Numbered from the stretch's first letter, positions 29,301 through 36,339 are shown. The stretch: 64,000 nt of DNA from Candidatus Kaiserbacteria bacterium (GCA_016214605.1 JACROD010000005.1:6108-70107), one strand, 5' to 3'. Program-made: numbers and translations. The notes: generated by a model from the letters alone, not told the origin.

Positions 29301-32300
29301 TTGGCTGATTGGCTTGCGGCAGCGGAGAGGACGAGGGTCGTGGTGGCGGCGGAGCCTGAGAGGATGGAAAATTTGGCATACGGAGTCGTGCTCGCACCGA
29401 CCACCGCCAGATCCGTGGTGGTAGCGAGGGTGACACGACCGATACTGTTGGTGGTCCAGCCGCCGCCGGTGCTCGCGCCACCGACCGAGATCGTACCGCA
29501 AGAGATATTGCCCGAACCATCGGTCTGCAGCGCCTGACCTCCCGTACAAGTAGTGACCGATCCGAGCGCGAGGGTACTGGTGAAGCGGCCGGTGCCAGAG
29601 ACGTCGAGTGTGTATGAGGGAGCATTGGTGCCGATGCCCACACGGCCGCTTCCCTGTTGTACTACTAATTGTGTACCGCCGATAGTGAAGCCTTGGCCGC
29701 TGGCGATGGTGGATGTACCAGAGGTCTGCGTGCTGTTGAAGAGTGGCGCGCCAAAGGTCGTACCGTTGAAGGTAAGTGCGGTGCCGGAGGTGATCCGCGT
29801 ACCGTCAAAGAAATTCACACCGTTGGTGACCTGTGTGCCGGTCGCGGTGCCGCCATTGGCGATCGGCAAGATACCACTCAAATAGTTGACTCCGATGGTG
29901 GTAGTGGCGATGACCATACCATTCACATCCGTGGCGAGGAGCTTGCTGGTGGTGGCATTGAGATTGAGTGTGCCCAGTGATGCAAGCTGCGAAAAGAGAT
30001 TTGTGGAGCTTGCAGTGGTGGCAAAGGTGTTGGTGGTTGTGGCGTTGCCCCAGATGAATACATTGCCCGATACGGCGAAGGTGGCGGAGGGAGCGGTGGT
30101 GGCAATGCCGAAGCTCCCTGCTGACGTAAGTCGTGCACCTTCGGTGAGGGTGCCGGAGCGAAGTGTGGCGAAGGCGAGATCGCCGTTCCCGGTTTGTGGT
30201 ACGCCGCCGGTGCCTCCCTGGAAGATGCTGAAGATGGATGCGGTCGTGGTGCCGGTGTTGTGGACGATGTCGTCGGTCTTGAATGCGAGCGAGACCTTGG
30301 TGGAAGAGGTGGCCGAGCCGAAGTTGGAGAGGGAGAAGGGTGTGGTGCTGGCTGAGGTGTTGTCGGAGACTTCGAGCTTGGTCTGTGGAGTGGTGGTGCC
30401 GATGCCGACGTTGCCGGAGTTGTTGGAATAGATGGCGTTGGAAGCTCCCAGTGTCCACGGCGTGTTGATCGTGAGTGCCGAGCCGCCGACCAGGAAGCCT
30501 GCAGTACCGGTGAAGGTCACGCCGGTGCCGGCGGAGACACTGGAAGTGGCGACGGAGGTGAGGCCGTTGGTGCCGTTGCCATACAGAAGCTGACTGCTCG
30601 TGAAGGTGGATTGACCGGTGCCGCCGTTGGCGATACCGAGGATGCCGGTGAGGTAGTTGGTGCCGATTGATGTGGTCGCGACGACCGCGCCGCTTGCATT
30701 GGTGCTGAGGATGGCGTTGGCAGGGCCGATGAGGTAATTGGTACCGATCGTGGTGGTCGCCGTCGGATTACCCGAAGAGTCGAACGCGAAAATGGATGAC
30801 GCCGGACCCTTGAGGAGGTTCCAGCCGATGGTGGTAGATGCAACGACCGAGCCGTTGGCGTTCGTGCTGAGGATACTGTTGGTGAGCGAAGTAATCGCAA
30901 AGGCGGTGGTAGTAGCGCGGGTCAAGGTGGCGTTGCCGGAGAAGACGTTGGTGCCGCTCCAGGTATTGGCGTCAGACAGCAATGTCGTCGAAGCGCCCGT
31001 GAAGGTCTGCTGGGTCTTCCAGTAGTCAGTCGAGGTGGTGGAGAATGCGAGACCTTGGTTTTGTGAGAGGAAGTACGAGGCGGAGGTGGTGGCCCAGCGG
31101 GTCTGCGTGGTCTCCCAGTATGCTGTGGAGGTCGTGGAGAAGAAGTTGTTGGCGGTTTTCCAGTAGTCGCTCGATGTCGTCGAGAAGAAATATCCCTTAT
31201 TGAGGGTATTGAGATAGGTATTCACCAGCGTGTCACTGTAGTACTTGTTGGTGCTACCCTGCGCGAGACCGTCGGTCGTGGTAGCGTACCACGACAAGAG
31301 TGAAAGTTTGGCATCGAGCGCACTCTGCAGGTCGGTTTGGTTGCTCAAAGTGCCTGTAATAGAGCCCCAGATTGCGCTGTTGATGCCGAGGGAGGTGGTG
31401 GAGACGTAGTCGAAGGTGCCGCCGCTGTTGCCCATGAGGAGCTTGCCGTATGTGGGGGCGCTGGATGTGCCGGTACCGCCGTTTGCAATCGAAAGTACAT
31501 TGGTAACATCACTCGCCAGGTTTACAAACCCCGTTGATATCACGCCGGCGGTTGCTTTTAGCAAACCATTCAGAGAGCCGATGGAGAGGCTATTCACCGA
31601 GAGCCCGCCGATGTTTGCCGCTGTGGCATAAAGATTCGTACTTGAGGCAGTCGTTGCAAAGAAATTCGTTGCGGTTGCACTCGTGGTTGTAAGGTTCGTT
31701 ATCGTACCGGTCGCCGCATTAAAAAGCGACGCAAAGAGCGATGTCGTAGTTGCCGATGTGATCGTCGCAGTCCCCAAAATGGCGTCCGTTGAGAAAAGAT
31801 GCGTCGAAGAGGAAATCGTTGAGAAAAACGACGTCGTTGTCGCCGACTGACCGGTCGCGCTTACAAAAGTGATTCCCCCGATATTGCTAACCGAGAACAC
31901 CGTCGCACCTGTCGAAGACGCGAGCGAAAACAGTGTAGAGGTGGTATCAGTCGACGACGCAACGATAGCAAGCCGCGCCGTCGGCGTGGTCGTACCGATA
32001 CCAAGGTTACCCGAGGACGCATTGTATGAAAAATTACTCACGCCATCAAACACTCCTCCGTTGTTGAATTGGATTTGTCCGCTTGATCCGCCAGGCGTAC
32101 CGCCTCCACCGCCAGTCGTTATACAGTTACCATTCACCGAGAAACATCCTCCTGAGAGAGCGATACCATTGGCAAATGTCGAGGTTGCCGTCGTCGACGA
32201 TATGGACAAAACCCCTGCCCCGAGACCGCCTGAAAACGTCGATGTGCCGCTATATGTGCTTTTCAAAAGTCCTGTGAGTGTACCACCGGAGACCGCAAGA

Positions 32301-33577
32301 TACTGACCGCTTAAGTCAGGCAGGTCGGCGGATGTGAGGCCTGTGACGCCATTGACATGTACGTTCGTTAGGAGTGTTCCATTCAGCGAATCGATATGCT
32401 GCGTCAATGCGATCTGATTTGCGACACCACCGCTTGCAGGCGGCGCCACGGGGGTAAATTGCGAGACCTGTAGCGACTGAGCAAATTGCTGGAGGCGCCT
32501 ATCAAGGTCATTCGTCGTTATACCGCTTGTCGCCGGCAGCGAATATGCAGTGTTGTTGTAGACATTATGGGTCTCATTGTTCGTCGTGTTATAGGTGTTG
32601 TTATAGGTGTTGTTTACAACGCTCGACGGCGCCATAACACCACCACCGAATGATGCGAATCCTCCCGATGCAACAGTGGCAGGAGGCGACGAAAGAGCAG
32701 ATTTGGCTGTTGGCGTAATGTGCACATACACAGATCCTTGCTGTCCGACATCCCAGCCAAATACTCGCAAAATATTAGCAAAGAAGCCACCGATACTACT
32801 CACCACATGAGAAGGAATACTTTCTTCGATCGCCGCAACATTCTGAACGCGACTCGGCGATGTATTGTTGGTGAGGGATGCATGTCGCGTTATCGCGTTT
32901 TGCGATGATCCGATAAAAGCCATGAAAACGAAGACAATAGCCACCGTCGCAAAGACTCCTTTCAGAGACACAAGAGAGCGCATCGAGGACATAGAATACG
33001 CAGCCGGGTCCGACACTGATCTGGGGGCACGACTCGCCAGAGTTTTTGTTTCCTCCCCAGCGACCAAGGGAGATTCTTTCACGAGCTTTTCTTGTACAGG
33101 CGACAGAATCCTTTCGGTAATACCAAGGGCTTGGGGATTAAACTGGAGAATCTCATATACAGAAACCGGACGCGGTGAGACACCCTTTGCAGCAAAGAAG
33201 TCCGAGACGGATTCTTTATCGACAAGCCAGAGACCGTCTTGTACGACACCCCGGATTTTCTTCTGGCGACAAAGACGTGAAATGTGATCATTCGTCACTC
33301 CAAAAAGAGCTGCCGCATCCTTGGACGAGATGTATTTTGCTACGCGATGTATGACCTCCCGCACAGAAACCGGACGCGGTGAGACACCCTTTGCAGCAAA
33401 GAAGTCCGAGACGGATTCTTTATCGACAAGCCAAAGACCGTCTTGTACGACACCCCGGATTTTCTTCTGGCGACAAAGACGTGAAATGTGATCATTCGTC
33501 ACTCCAAAAAGAGCTGCCGCATCCTTGGACGAGATGTATTTTATTTGGTAGTCGTTTCTTTGGATTGTGTCGCCCAT
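17309..33577 (-). CDS. Giant 5422-aa membrane-anchored surface protein. N- to C-terminal architecture: two identical wHTH-like (excisionase/MerR-like) repeats, a TM helix, S/T-rich segments, multiple families of tail-fibre-like repeats (ANGGT motif), a triplicated Gly-rich module, an LVIVD beta-propeller, a DUF5011-like Ig domain, and a Ser/Thr-rich C-terminal tail.
   Basis: A single uninterrupted 16,269-nt ORF with a TGA stop. N-terminus KYISSKDAAALFGVTNDHISRLCRQKKIRGVVQDGLWLVDKESVSDFF appears twice. Hydrophobic segment VFATVAIVFVFMAFIG. Repeats NYLSGILPIANGGTATGTQVTNGVNFFDGTRITSGTALTF occur at least 6 times. The LVIVD-like repeats include FRIIDISDPTNPV, FIIVDISNPAAPV and LIIYDVSNP. The C-terminal segment APIISVNGNNPASIQVGSVYSDLGATITG...THTIRYFATDASGVQGSATRTVVV is DUF5011-like. 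Confidence 0.85.
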   Translation of the reverse strand: MGDTIQRNDYQIKYISSKDAAALFGVTNDHISRLCRQKKIRGVVQDGLWLVDKESVSDFFAAKGVSPRPVSVREVIHRVAKYISSKDAAALFGVTNDHISRLCRQKKIRGVVQDGLWLVDKESVSDFFAAKGVSPRPVSVYEILQFNPQALGITERILSPVQEKLVKESPLVAGEETKTLASRAPRSVSDPAAYSMSSMRSLVSLKGVFATVAIVFVFMAFIGSSQNAITRHASLTNNTSPSRVQNVAAIEESIPSHVVSSIGGFFANILRVFGWDVGQQGSVYVHITPTAKSALSSPPATVASGGFASFGGGVMAPSSVVNNTYNNTYNTTNNETHNVYNNTAYSLPATSGITTNDLDRRLQQFAQSLQVSQFTPVAPPASGGVANQIALTQHIDSLNGTLLTNVHVNGVTGLTSADLPDLSGQYLAVSGGTLTGLLKSTYSGTSTFSGGLGAGVLSISSTTATSTFANGIALSGGCFSVNGNCITTGGGGGTPGGSSGQIQFNNGGVFDGVSNFSYNASSGNLGIGTTTPTARLAIVASSTDTTSTLFSLASSTGATVFSVSNIGGITFVSATGQSATTTSFFSTISSSTHLFSTDAILGTATITSATTTSLFASLFNAATGTITNLTTTSATATNFFATTASSTNLYATAANIGGLSVNSLSIGSLNGLLKATAGVISTGFVNLASDVTNVLSIANGGTGTSSAPTYGKLLMGNSGGTFDYVSTTSLGINSAIWGSITGTLSNQTDLQSALDAKLSLLSWYATTTDGLAQGSTNKYYSDTLVNTYLNTLNKGYFFSTTSSDYWKTANNFFSTTSTAYWETTQTRWATTSASYFLSQNQGLAFSTTSTDYWKTQQTFTGASTTLLSDANTWSGTNVFSGNATLTRATTTAFAITSLTNSILSTNANGSVVASTTIGWNLLKGPASSIFAFDSSGNPTATTTIGTNYLIGPANAILSTNASGAVVATTSIGTNYLTGILGIANGGTGQSTFTSSQLLYGNGTNGLTSVATSSVSAGTGVTFTGTAGFLVGGSALTINTPWTLGASNAIYSNNSGNVGIGTTTPQTKLEVSDNTSASTTPFSLSNFGSATSSTKVSLAFKTDDIVHNTGTTTASIFSIFQGGTGGVPQTGNGDLAFATLRSGTLTEGARLTSAGSFGIATTAPSATFAVSGNVFIWGNATTTNTFATTASSTNLFSQLASLGTLNLNATTSKLLATDVNGMVIATTTIGVNYLSGILPIANGGTATGTQVTNGVNFFDGTRITSGTALTFNGTTFGAPLFNSTQTSGTSTIASGQGFTIGGTQLVVQQGSGRVGIGTNAPSYTLDVSGTGRFTSTLALGSVTTCTGGQALQTDGSGNISCGTISVGGASTGGGWTTNSIGRVTLATTTDLAVVGASTTPYAKFSILSGSAATTTLVLSAAASQSANLIDIYDANGVLSTVLTADGKLGLGNSAPTDKLNVQGAVSAQYFNATSSTASTFTGGLIAQASSTFSALLNLSQSTTSLATFTNNTWFTGIAASSLLALDANQKLVATTSIGWNLLKGPASSIFAFDSSGNPTATTSIGVNYLSGILGIANGGTNASSIGSHMLTAFDGTRIVSTSTPTAAAYLATSSTANSIFAGKLGVGSLTAPTYTLDVNGFVNTDGTTGGYKQAGNTVLYASTTNTSLAVGASAAAAWMSASSTSWNDIAIGSGALATIPTDHLGSNGQLNTSIGIQSLSANTIGYGNTAIGYYALTSNTTGVVNTAIGTNALNKNIGSYNTANGSNALFNNTTGSNNSANGYYALFYNGSATSTTAFGAYAGQGNGNYSNQGGTVVGMQAGFNFATGSDYNTLLGYQSGYGITTGARNVLLGQSTIAASQNQVTTGSNNIAIGNDVAIASSTLSNQLVIGNLIYGTGLSGTGATISTGNIAIGTSTPYSKLTTWGTANLFEAVNNSSSTVFLIGQNGATSTNFAATTICFTGDTCRTTWPSSGTSWPWTIATTFGTSTNATTTPTWYQMGFYASSTSQLASANIWNTLALKATTSKLLATDANGMVIATTSIGVNYLSGILPIANGGTATGTQVTNGVNFFDGTRITSGTALTFDGTNLGINDTTPSYSLDVNGFINTDGTTGGYKQAGNTVLYASTTNTSLAVGASAAAAWMSASSTSWLSVAIGQGALGTTPTSGTAIANTAVGYNALSSNTTGQINTATGYLALFSNTTGTNNTASGNSTLQSNTTGGSNTALGARSLIFNTTGSSNTASGYNALLSNTTGSSNVAVGSSASNFNQSATSTVAIGSSAAIGTANYSNQGGTVIGFSAGRGFTTGSDYNTLLGYQSGYAITTGARNVLLGQSTITASRDQVTTGSNNIAIGNDVAVPSATASNQLVIGNLIYGTGLSGTGATISTGNIAIGTSTPYSKLTTWGTGSLFEAVTNSSSTVFSIGQNGATTTNFAITNLASAILSTNANGSVVATSSIGVNYLSGILPIANGGTATGTQVTNGVNFFDGTRITSGTALTFNGTTFGAPLFNSTQTSGTSTIAAGQGFTIGTSQFVLQQGSGNVGIGTSTPGSLLSVAGDVYASGFYNTSGTTGGYKIDGNLILQASSTLNSFFIGQSAGNTSTTGLQNYGLGTFALSAITTGDFNNAMGRAAMNALTTGSSNTAMGNESLRLNTTGSDNVAIGANASRLNISATSSVAIGSSAGNAAANFNNQGGTYVGYLAGYGAQTNSDFNTLFGYQSGRGITTGSNNIWIGTATSSAAIANLTTGSQNILIGNNISFPSATASGQLNIGNIIYGTGITGTGSTVSSGNIGIGTTTPYSKLTTWGTANLFEAVNNSSSTVFLIGQNGATSTNLFSTTASSTNLFSQTASLGILNLRATTSKLLATDANGMVIATTSIGVNYLTGILPIANGGTNNSTGGTTNGVMYFDGTKFTSDGGLTYTPSSSFFVNDLATFASGFTSQGLSTFDGNIVANASSTFSAPLNIAQSSTTLATFSGSTWLTNLTASTLLALDANKKIVSTTTIGWNLLKGPASSIFAFDSSGNPTATSTIGLNYLKGGNNLLLSTDSSGNVVGTTSVGVNYLSGILPIANGGTATGTQVTNGVNFFDGTRITSGTAITWNGTTFAASNISTGGTLGVTGLSTLGGFISTASSTITSGLFSANGGASTTNFTATGLVILGNATTTNLFSTTASSTNLFSQLASLGTLNLKATTSKLLATDANGMVIATTSIGVNYLSGILPIANGGTATGTQVTNGVNFFDGTRITSGTALTFDGTNLGVGTTSPQERLTVMGGNIFQTGGSGNSGQLYNPALLGGVDLGIGVGESLFGGQDMTVVGNTLYLVTASTTANTGCSTSDMSDCELRIFDIATGTPRFLGGADFGPTATAHGNGIAVAGQYAYVTVSTVAGTCNSTTATGCEFRIYDISNPSAPLFKGGLNFAISGINVVVSGHYAYVTLNSVSGNDFRIIDISDPTNPVTVGGLDLGTAGIGLRVQGNYAYIAQGSVTGNDFIIVDISNPAAPVTVGGMDLGTNGRAIAVSGNYAYVGKDTGGVTGNLIIYDVSNPTAIATTSVISAAAAQTVQVSGRYMYLGVSSLAGSCNSTTITGCDFRVYDISDPYNPIAVGGVDENANVQGLVVSGHSAFVGLSSISGNDLVVHDITGADLQSLAVGTLDAGSLQLRNDLTSQGHIFADTFNAGAGGIYSTGGIFSYVASSSATTPIAGLFMGGNVGVGTTTPWGSLSLAGTAGQTNPLFVIASSTGTSLFSIAGDTGLATLSGGFLSTASSTITSGLFSMNGGASTTNFTATGLTILGNATTTNLFSTTASSTNLFAQTASLGILNIPSITNAILSTNSSGQVVATTSIGTNYLTGVLAIANGGTNNSSAYTAGSVIFSNGTSLTQDNSNFFWDDTNNRFGIGTTSPNSAIEISGSDAGTTLNTFTSGTTLSISNRNTTANNFSTLAFRTQDLTNGGATSSAQIVGINTAHTAGASSGALAFLTLNAGSLGEAMRILPTNLVGIGITAPTSMLHVSGTQPTSASSGNGTAATSILNIAGITGGVTTDTGTRTGGAGSALTLTLGTGGTATAADVLSTGGTGGTFTMTGGVGGAASVAGTGNNTGGAGSAFTWTGGIGGAANGDTTGNNTGGTGGAFTWVAGTGGAATNANGTPGTRTGGVGGAITLRAGAGGVGTDTGGNGGGLSLSSGLAAAATSSAGGAVTITGAAGGTTGSGGAGGAITLTGGLAGGDNSVARAGGAIAITAGASKGNNAGGAITLTAGASSASSTLAGGAISLTGGLGGTNTNTGTALGGTGSGFAFTLGTGGTATAADVLSTGGTGGTFTMTGGVGGAASVAGTGNNTGGAGSPFTWTGGTGGAANGNTTGNNTGGIGGAFTWTAGTGGAATNANGTPGTRTGGAGGAVTINAGAGGAGTDTGGSGGLLTISGGTAAAATSSAGGGVSILGDVGTSIGSGGAGGALTLTAGAAAGDNSVARAGGAVTVTAGASKGQNAGGAITLTTGAASASSTLAGGLLTLTTGAGGTNTNTGTATGGAGGGHTFSMGAGGTATAADVLSTGGAGGTFTMTGGVGGAASVAGTGNNTGGAGSAFTWTAGTGGAASGNTTGVNTAGAGGAVALSAGTGGAATNANATPGTRTGGAGGALTLNAGIGGTGTDVAGVGGAMIFKTAQTTSLTEQMRITNTGLVGIGTTTPFWKLTVASSTGPQIALTDGTASSNAWTFRSISNSFYIATSTATATSTVAALAINSNGAATFGNNLTVNGTASLQQATTTTFAITSITNSILSTNANGSVVASTTIGWNLLKGPASSIFAFDASGNPIATTTIGTNYLIGPANAILSTNASGAVVATTSIGVNYLTGILGIANGGTATGTQVTNGVNFFDGTRITSGTALTFTGTNLGIGTTTPMGLLTIATSSATAANAAMKIQSNSGTTTVTFFTSTTTFLTTSGVAATAAQASNYMIIGNGSTAASVSIVNGGLCVDSDGWCFASTTGRVSSVTSTTGGSDVAEMYASHDTLVPGNIVATAGNVAIKAAVTDTKHHIIGIVSTAPGLTLGFNPDGTFDTTDNHYPVALVGRVPVLVNLDNGPIAIGDRIALSTSTPGVGMKADPMDPSVAIALQAYQTGATSTAILAFVNLQDINVSAIQAIASSTFATSSQTAIIDGPFAGVSQMLHDTLSLALASVSGIAGTGVRELGGAVHGSLAAFDKVFAKEIYADNITAQKVTAVQQMCVGTTCVTEAQLQALLASAAVASGGGGSGAAGATGGSTGGVSSGATTPTATTATGSVAPIISVNGNNPASIQVGSVYSDLGATITGPTSALNLGISAIVDGGATTTIDQIHIDTSVTGTHTIRYFATDASGVQGSATRTVVVYDPTTTTSPAEETASGTTTINTTTSSTDTSTSTPSTIDTSTSSSTAPVDSTTTSTSQ
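19560..21700 (-). repeat. Triplicated ~720-bp module encoding a Gly/Ala/Thr-rich (PGRS-like) ~240-aa repeat inside the giant gene.
   Basis: The protein repeat TGNNTGGAGSAFTWTGGxGGAANGxTTGNNTGGxGGAFTWxAGTGGAATNANGTPGTRTGG occurs 3 times. DNA landmarks recur at ~19690, ~20420 and ~21135. Confidence 0.75.
23790..31500 (-). repeat. Array of diverged to near-identical intragenic repeats (units ~130 bp to ~1.4 kb) encoding ANGGT-type tail-fibre-like repeats.
   Basis: The ~130-bp unit ...gtgatccgcgtaccgtcgaagaagttcacaccgttggtgacctg.gtgccggtcgc.gtgccgcc.ttggcgatcgg.a.gat.cc... recurs at ~18900, 23810, 24290, 24830, 26080, 27320 and 29760. The 26361..26480 segment is 100% identical to 27805..27924, with ~90% identity over the adjoining ~200 bp. 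19020..19290 is ~85% identical to 30640..30900. Confidence 0.8.
33159..33542 (-). repeat. Tandem direct duplication (two copies of ~180 bp with a 204-bp period and one mismatch) at the 5' end of the giant gene. It encodes the two wHTH-like repeats.
   Basis: Copy 1 is 33159..33338 and copy 2 is 33363..33542. The only difference is g/a (ccagagacc vs ccaaagacc). Confidence 0.9.
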
Positions 33578-34119
33578 ATTTTTTTATTTCAAGCCACATG
33601 TCGCCGAGACGACATAACGATTCAATGTTCAAATTGTACGACGTGTTCGCTTGAATGAAGTCGCATTTTTTATTTCGTGTGGATAAGTCCCGTAAAAGAT
33701 TTTTCCGTGCCATTCACTCTTCTGATACCAAAAGTCACACCGGATATTTTTGTTTTCGTTCGTCAAACACAAGGAGATTTTTCACATACAAAGTCGCGGG
33801 GCAAGATCGTATATTGAGGAGCAAGAATACAAGGCTCTAATGGCTTAATTCCTCACTACCTATTAATCGACAGCACCTTTTAGCAAAGAGAAAGATTTAT
33901 CTTACCCAAACACAAAGAAAGATCGTATCCGCCACAAAAAATCAATCTGACTAGAAACATTTTCACATTACCCTGATCTTTGGCGATCTAAATCCAAAAA
34001 TTATAAAACCCCTGGTATGGATAAAAAATCAAAAAACTATCGATTATGTGGTATTTATATACTCGTTATGCCGAGATTTACTGTATTTACGTATATCGGA
34101 TACCCGATATTTATTAAAA

Positions 34120-35031
34120 TCATCTATGACCAGCAGGGTTTTCGTAGTTTTCCGGCTCAGGCGGACGAACGGGACCCGCGTATGGCTTGATACTAATGTA
34201 AACAGAACCACGCACCCCTGCGGTGTGCGCCCAAGCAAGGCCCGAGGCAGATTCGACTGCCGCGACAAGACGCCCCGGATCGGCGTCTTGAATCTGTACA
34301 AAGGTTTCTTTGAGCGCCTCTTTGCCACCAAGTGCATATCGGGGGTCAATCACAGAGTACAAGCTAGACGCGATCATAACGGCGATACTGAGCGCAAAAG
34401 CTTTCTGGGTGAAAACCGCAAAAGAGGAGGATAAATATGTGGGTTTATAGCTATTTCCGATCTGCCTTATGTGGCCAGTACGCTTTCCCTCATCTTGTTT
34501 GCGCACCACCAACTCAAGCTGATCTCGAATACTTCTTACTGACGAAAGATCGTCCCAAGATTTTGATAAAAACTGCGTAGTATCAGGTGTACTAATCGCC
34601 CTTTTCGAAGAATTCTGACGCACGAAAGACGGATGTTCCGGTGGATTAGTCTGAATAGCAGGATTTTGCGGCCAATAAGAATATCGGAAAATATCCTTTT
34701 CATTCAATGTGTTTTGACTTTTTGAAATCATCGGCTCAACCATTGTAAGAGAGGTGCGCCGCTCATCCTGGAAGCTGGCAAGCGCCCGGTGATATTCGTT
34801 CCGGCGTTGCTCAGAAAGTGTTTGACGACTCTTGCTTTTCGAATACTCTTGCGTGGTCAGGAACGCCTGAAATGAGTTTTTGTCGACATACCACAGTTTG
34901 CCGATGCGTTTCCCACACACTTTTCCGTCACGGCAAAGACGCCCGACATAGTCGCGAGTGAATCCGGATGATTCTGCCGCCTCACGCGCAGAAACATAAT
35001 GCATTCCGTCAAAAAATATTTCGTCACTCAT
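34120..35031 (-). CDS. Membrane protein (303 aa). It has one N-terminal wHTH-like module paralogous to the giant-protein N-terminus, a long linker, a TM helix and a short extracytoplasmic C-terminus.
   Basis: YVSAREAAESSGFTRDYVGRLCRDGKVCGKRIGKLWYVDKNSFQAFL shares the pattern Y[IV]S..A.....G...DY[IV]..L.R.G.[IV]......G.LW.VD..S...F with the giant protein. The hydrophobic segment is FALSIAVMIASSLYSVI. Confidence 0.6.
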   Translation of the reverse strand: MSDEIFFDGMHYVSAREAAESSGFTRDYVGRLCRDGKVCGKRIGKLWYVDKNSFQAFLTTQEYSKSKSRQTLSEQRRNEYHRALASFQDERRTSLTMVEPMISKSQNTLNEKDIFRYSYWPQNPAIQTNPPEHPSFVRQNSSKRAISTPDTTQFLSKSWDDLSSVRSIRDQLELVVRKQDEGKRTGHIRQIGNSYKPTYLSSSFAVFTQKAFALSIAVMIASSLYSVIDPRYALGGKEALKETFVQIQDADPGRLVAAVESASGLAWAHTAGVRGSVYISIKPYAGPVRPPEPENYENPAGHR

Positions 35032-35352
35032 GAATTGTTTTGTTTGTCTTCCATATTTTTATGACACGACTTAACTACTATTTTACTAGCTAAATCGGAT
35101 ATACGAACAAACAAAAAGACATGTTCTGTGGATAAGAAAATTCGGTATTTTTAAAGAGAACAGTGTGAGAAAGTTTACCGTGTGCAAAGGATTCAAATCA
35201 AAATAACGATCTCCGTCCGGCACAAAAACTACCCATGTCACAACCCAAACACATACCTCCAAAGAAAAGATGATCTATGGGGGCACGTTCAAGATGACAA
35301 CTGAGGGACGGTGGAGTCTTCTCGATCGCGGGTACGCTCGTACCCACCAAAT

Positions 35353-36339
35353 TCACTCCCCGCGATTGTAGTCCAATTCCCGTGTCAAAACCTTCTCAAT
35401 CCTTGAAATAAAGCCATCAAAGGCTGTTGACGCTTCTGCTACAAGCGTCGATTTTTCCGTATTTGAGACTACTGAGTTCGCCTCTGTTCCTCCGATGTCA
35501 AAACCAGCCACAGGCACAGGAGTTCTTTTTTGAAATGAGAAAAATCCAACAGAAATTACCAGAACTACCACTAAAGCAAACGCCGGAATTATGGCTTTAT
35601 GTATAGTCTTTTCGTGTGTATTTTGCTCTTCTGATCGCTCCGGTCCATAGGTCCTCCTCGTAGGTGCGGTCTGCAGACGGATTTCCTTCCGTGGGTACCG
35701 CTCAACCACTCGGATCGGAACTGCATGTTCCTCATCGGTCCCGACACCCTCATTTTCTTCTTCCAATTCCTCCTCGCTGATGGATGGTATGAGATCCCCT
35801 TCATCCGTCGTATACGTAAGTAGTTCATCCTGAAAATACGGATTCTTCGGTGCTACCTCCGTGGGAGTGTGCCTCTGTGCTATGCCGACCGACTGGACCT
35901 GAACGGCGGCCAAGAGAGAGTCTTTCTCTTGCTTATGTGCCAACAATGCGCTCTTATCGACGTACCAACGATTACCAACCTGACGCGACATTACCTTGCC
36001 TCCACGGGCCAACTGGCCCACATAATCCTGATTATATCCTGTTATCTTTGAAGCTCGGCTTGCCGAGATATATTCCTTTCCGTCCAAGTGTACGAATGAA
36101 TCTGCATCTGGAAAAGTGTTTACATGATCTGTCGAGACCTTTTGCTTAACCTCTTCCGATTTGTTCTTGTATGCCAAAAGAGAGTCCATCGAGACGTACC
36201 AAAGACCCCCAATCCTGCGTGCATCAATGAGTGATCCGCGAGACAATTGACCGATATAATCCTGAGCATAGCCTGTCATCTCTGAAGCTCGTTTCGACGA
36301 GATATACTTGCCTTCATCGAGAATAATATCCGTGGACAT
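35353..36339 (-). CDS. Membrane protein (~329 aa from M24 of the track ORF). It has two tandem wHTH-like modules, an acidic linker, a TM helix and a short extracytoplasmic C-terminus.
   Basis: The track ORF is 35353..36408. The likely start is MSTDIILDEGKYISSKRASEMTGYAQDYIGQLSRG... at 36339. The second module is YISASRASKITGYNQDYVGQLARGGKVMSRQVGNRWYVDKSALLAH. The acidic run is EEELEEENEG. The TM segment is IIPAFALVVVLVISVGFFSF. Confidence 0.6.
   Translation of the reverse strand: MSTDIILDEGKYISSKRASEMTGYAQDYIGQLSRGSLIDARRIGGLWYVSMDSLLAYKNKSEEVKQKVSTDHVNTFPDADSFVHLDGKEYISASRASKITGYNQDYVGQLARGGKVMSRQVGNRWYVDKSALLAHKQEKDSLLAAVQVQSVGIAQRHTPTEVAPKNPYFQDELLTYTTDEGDLIPSISEEELEEENEGVGTDEEHAVPIRVVERYPRKEIRLQTAPTRRTYGPERSEEQNTHEKTIHKAIIPAFALVVVLVISVGFFSFQKRTPVPVAGFDIGGTEANSVVSNTEKSTLVAEASTAFDGFISRIEKVLTRELDYNRGE

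Noticed and set aside
18392-33291. Dozens of 60-220-aa plus-strand ORFs (e.g. 22041..22535, 22892..23563, 23955..24395, 29886..30431) inside the giant gene.
   Set aside because: They are antisense to a continuous 16.3-kb ORF. They recur with the same VPSKKFTPLVTxVPVAVPPLAIGRIP-type peptides simply because they mirror the sense-strand DNA repeats.
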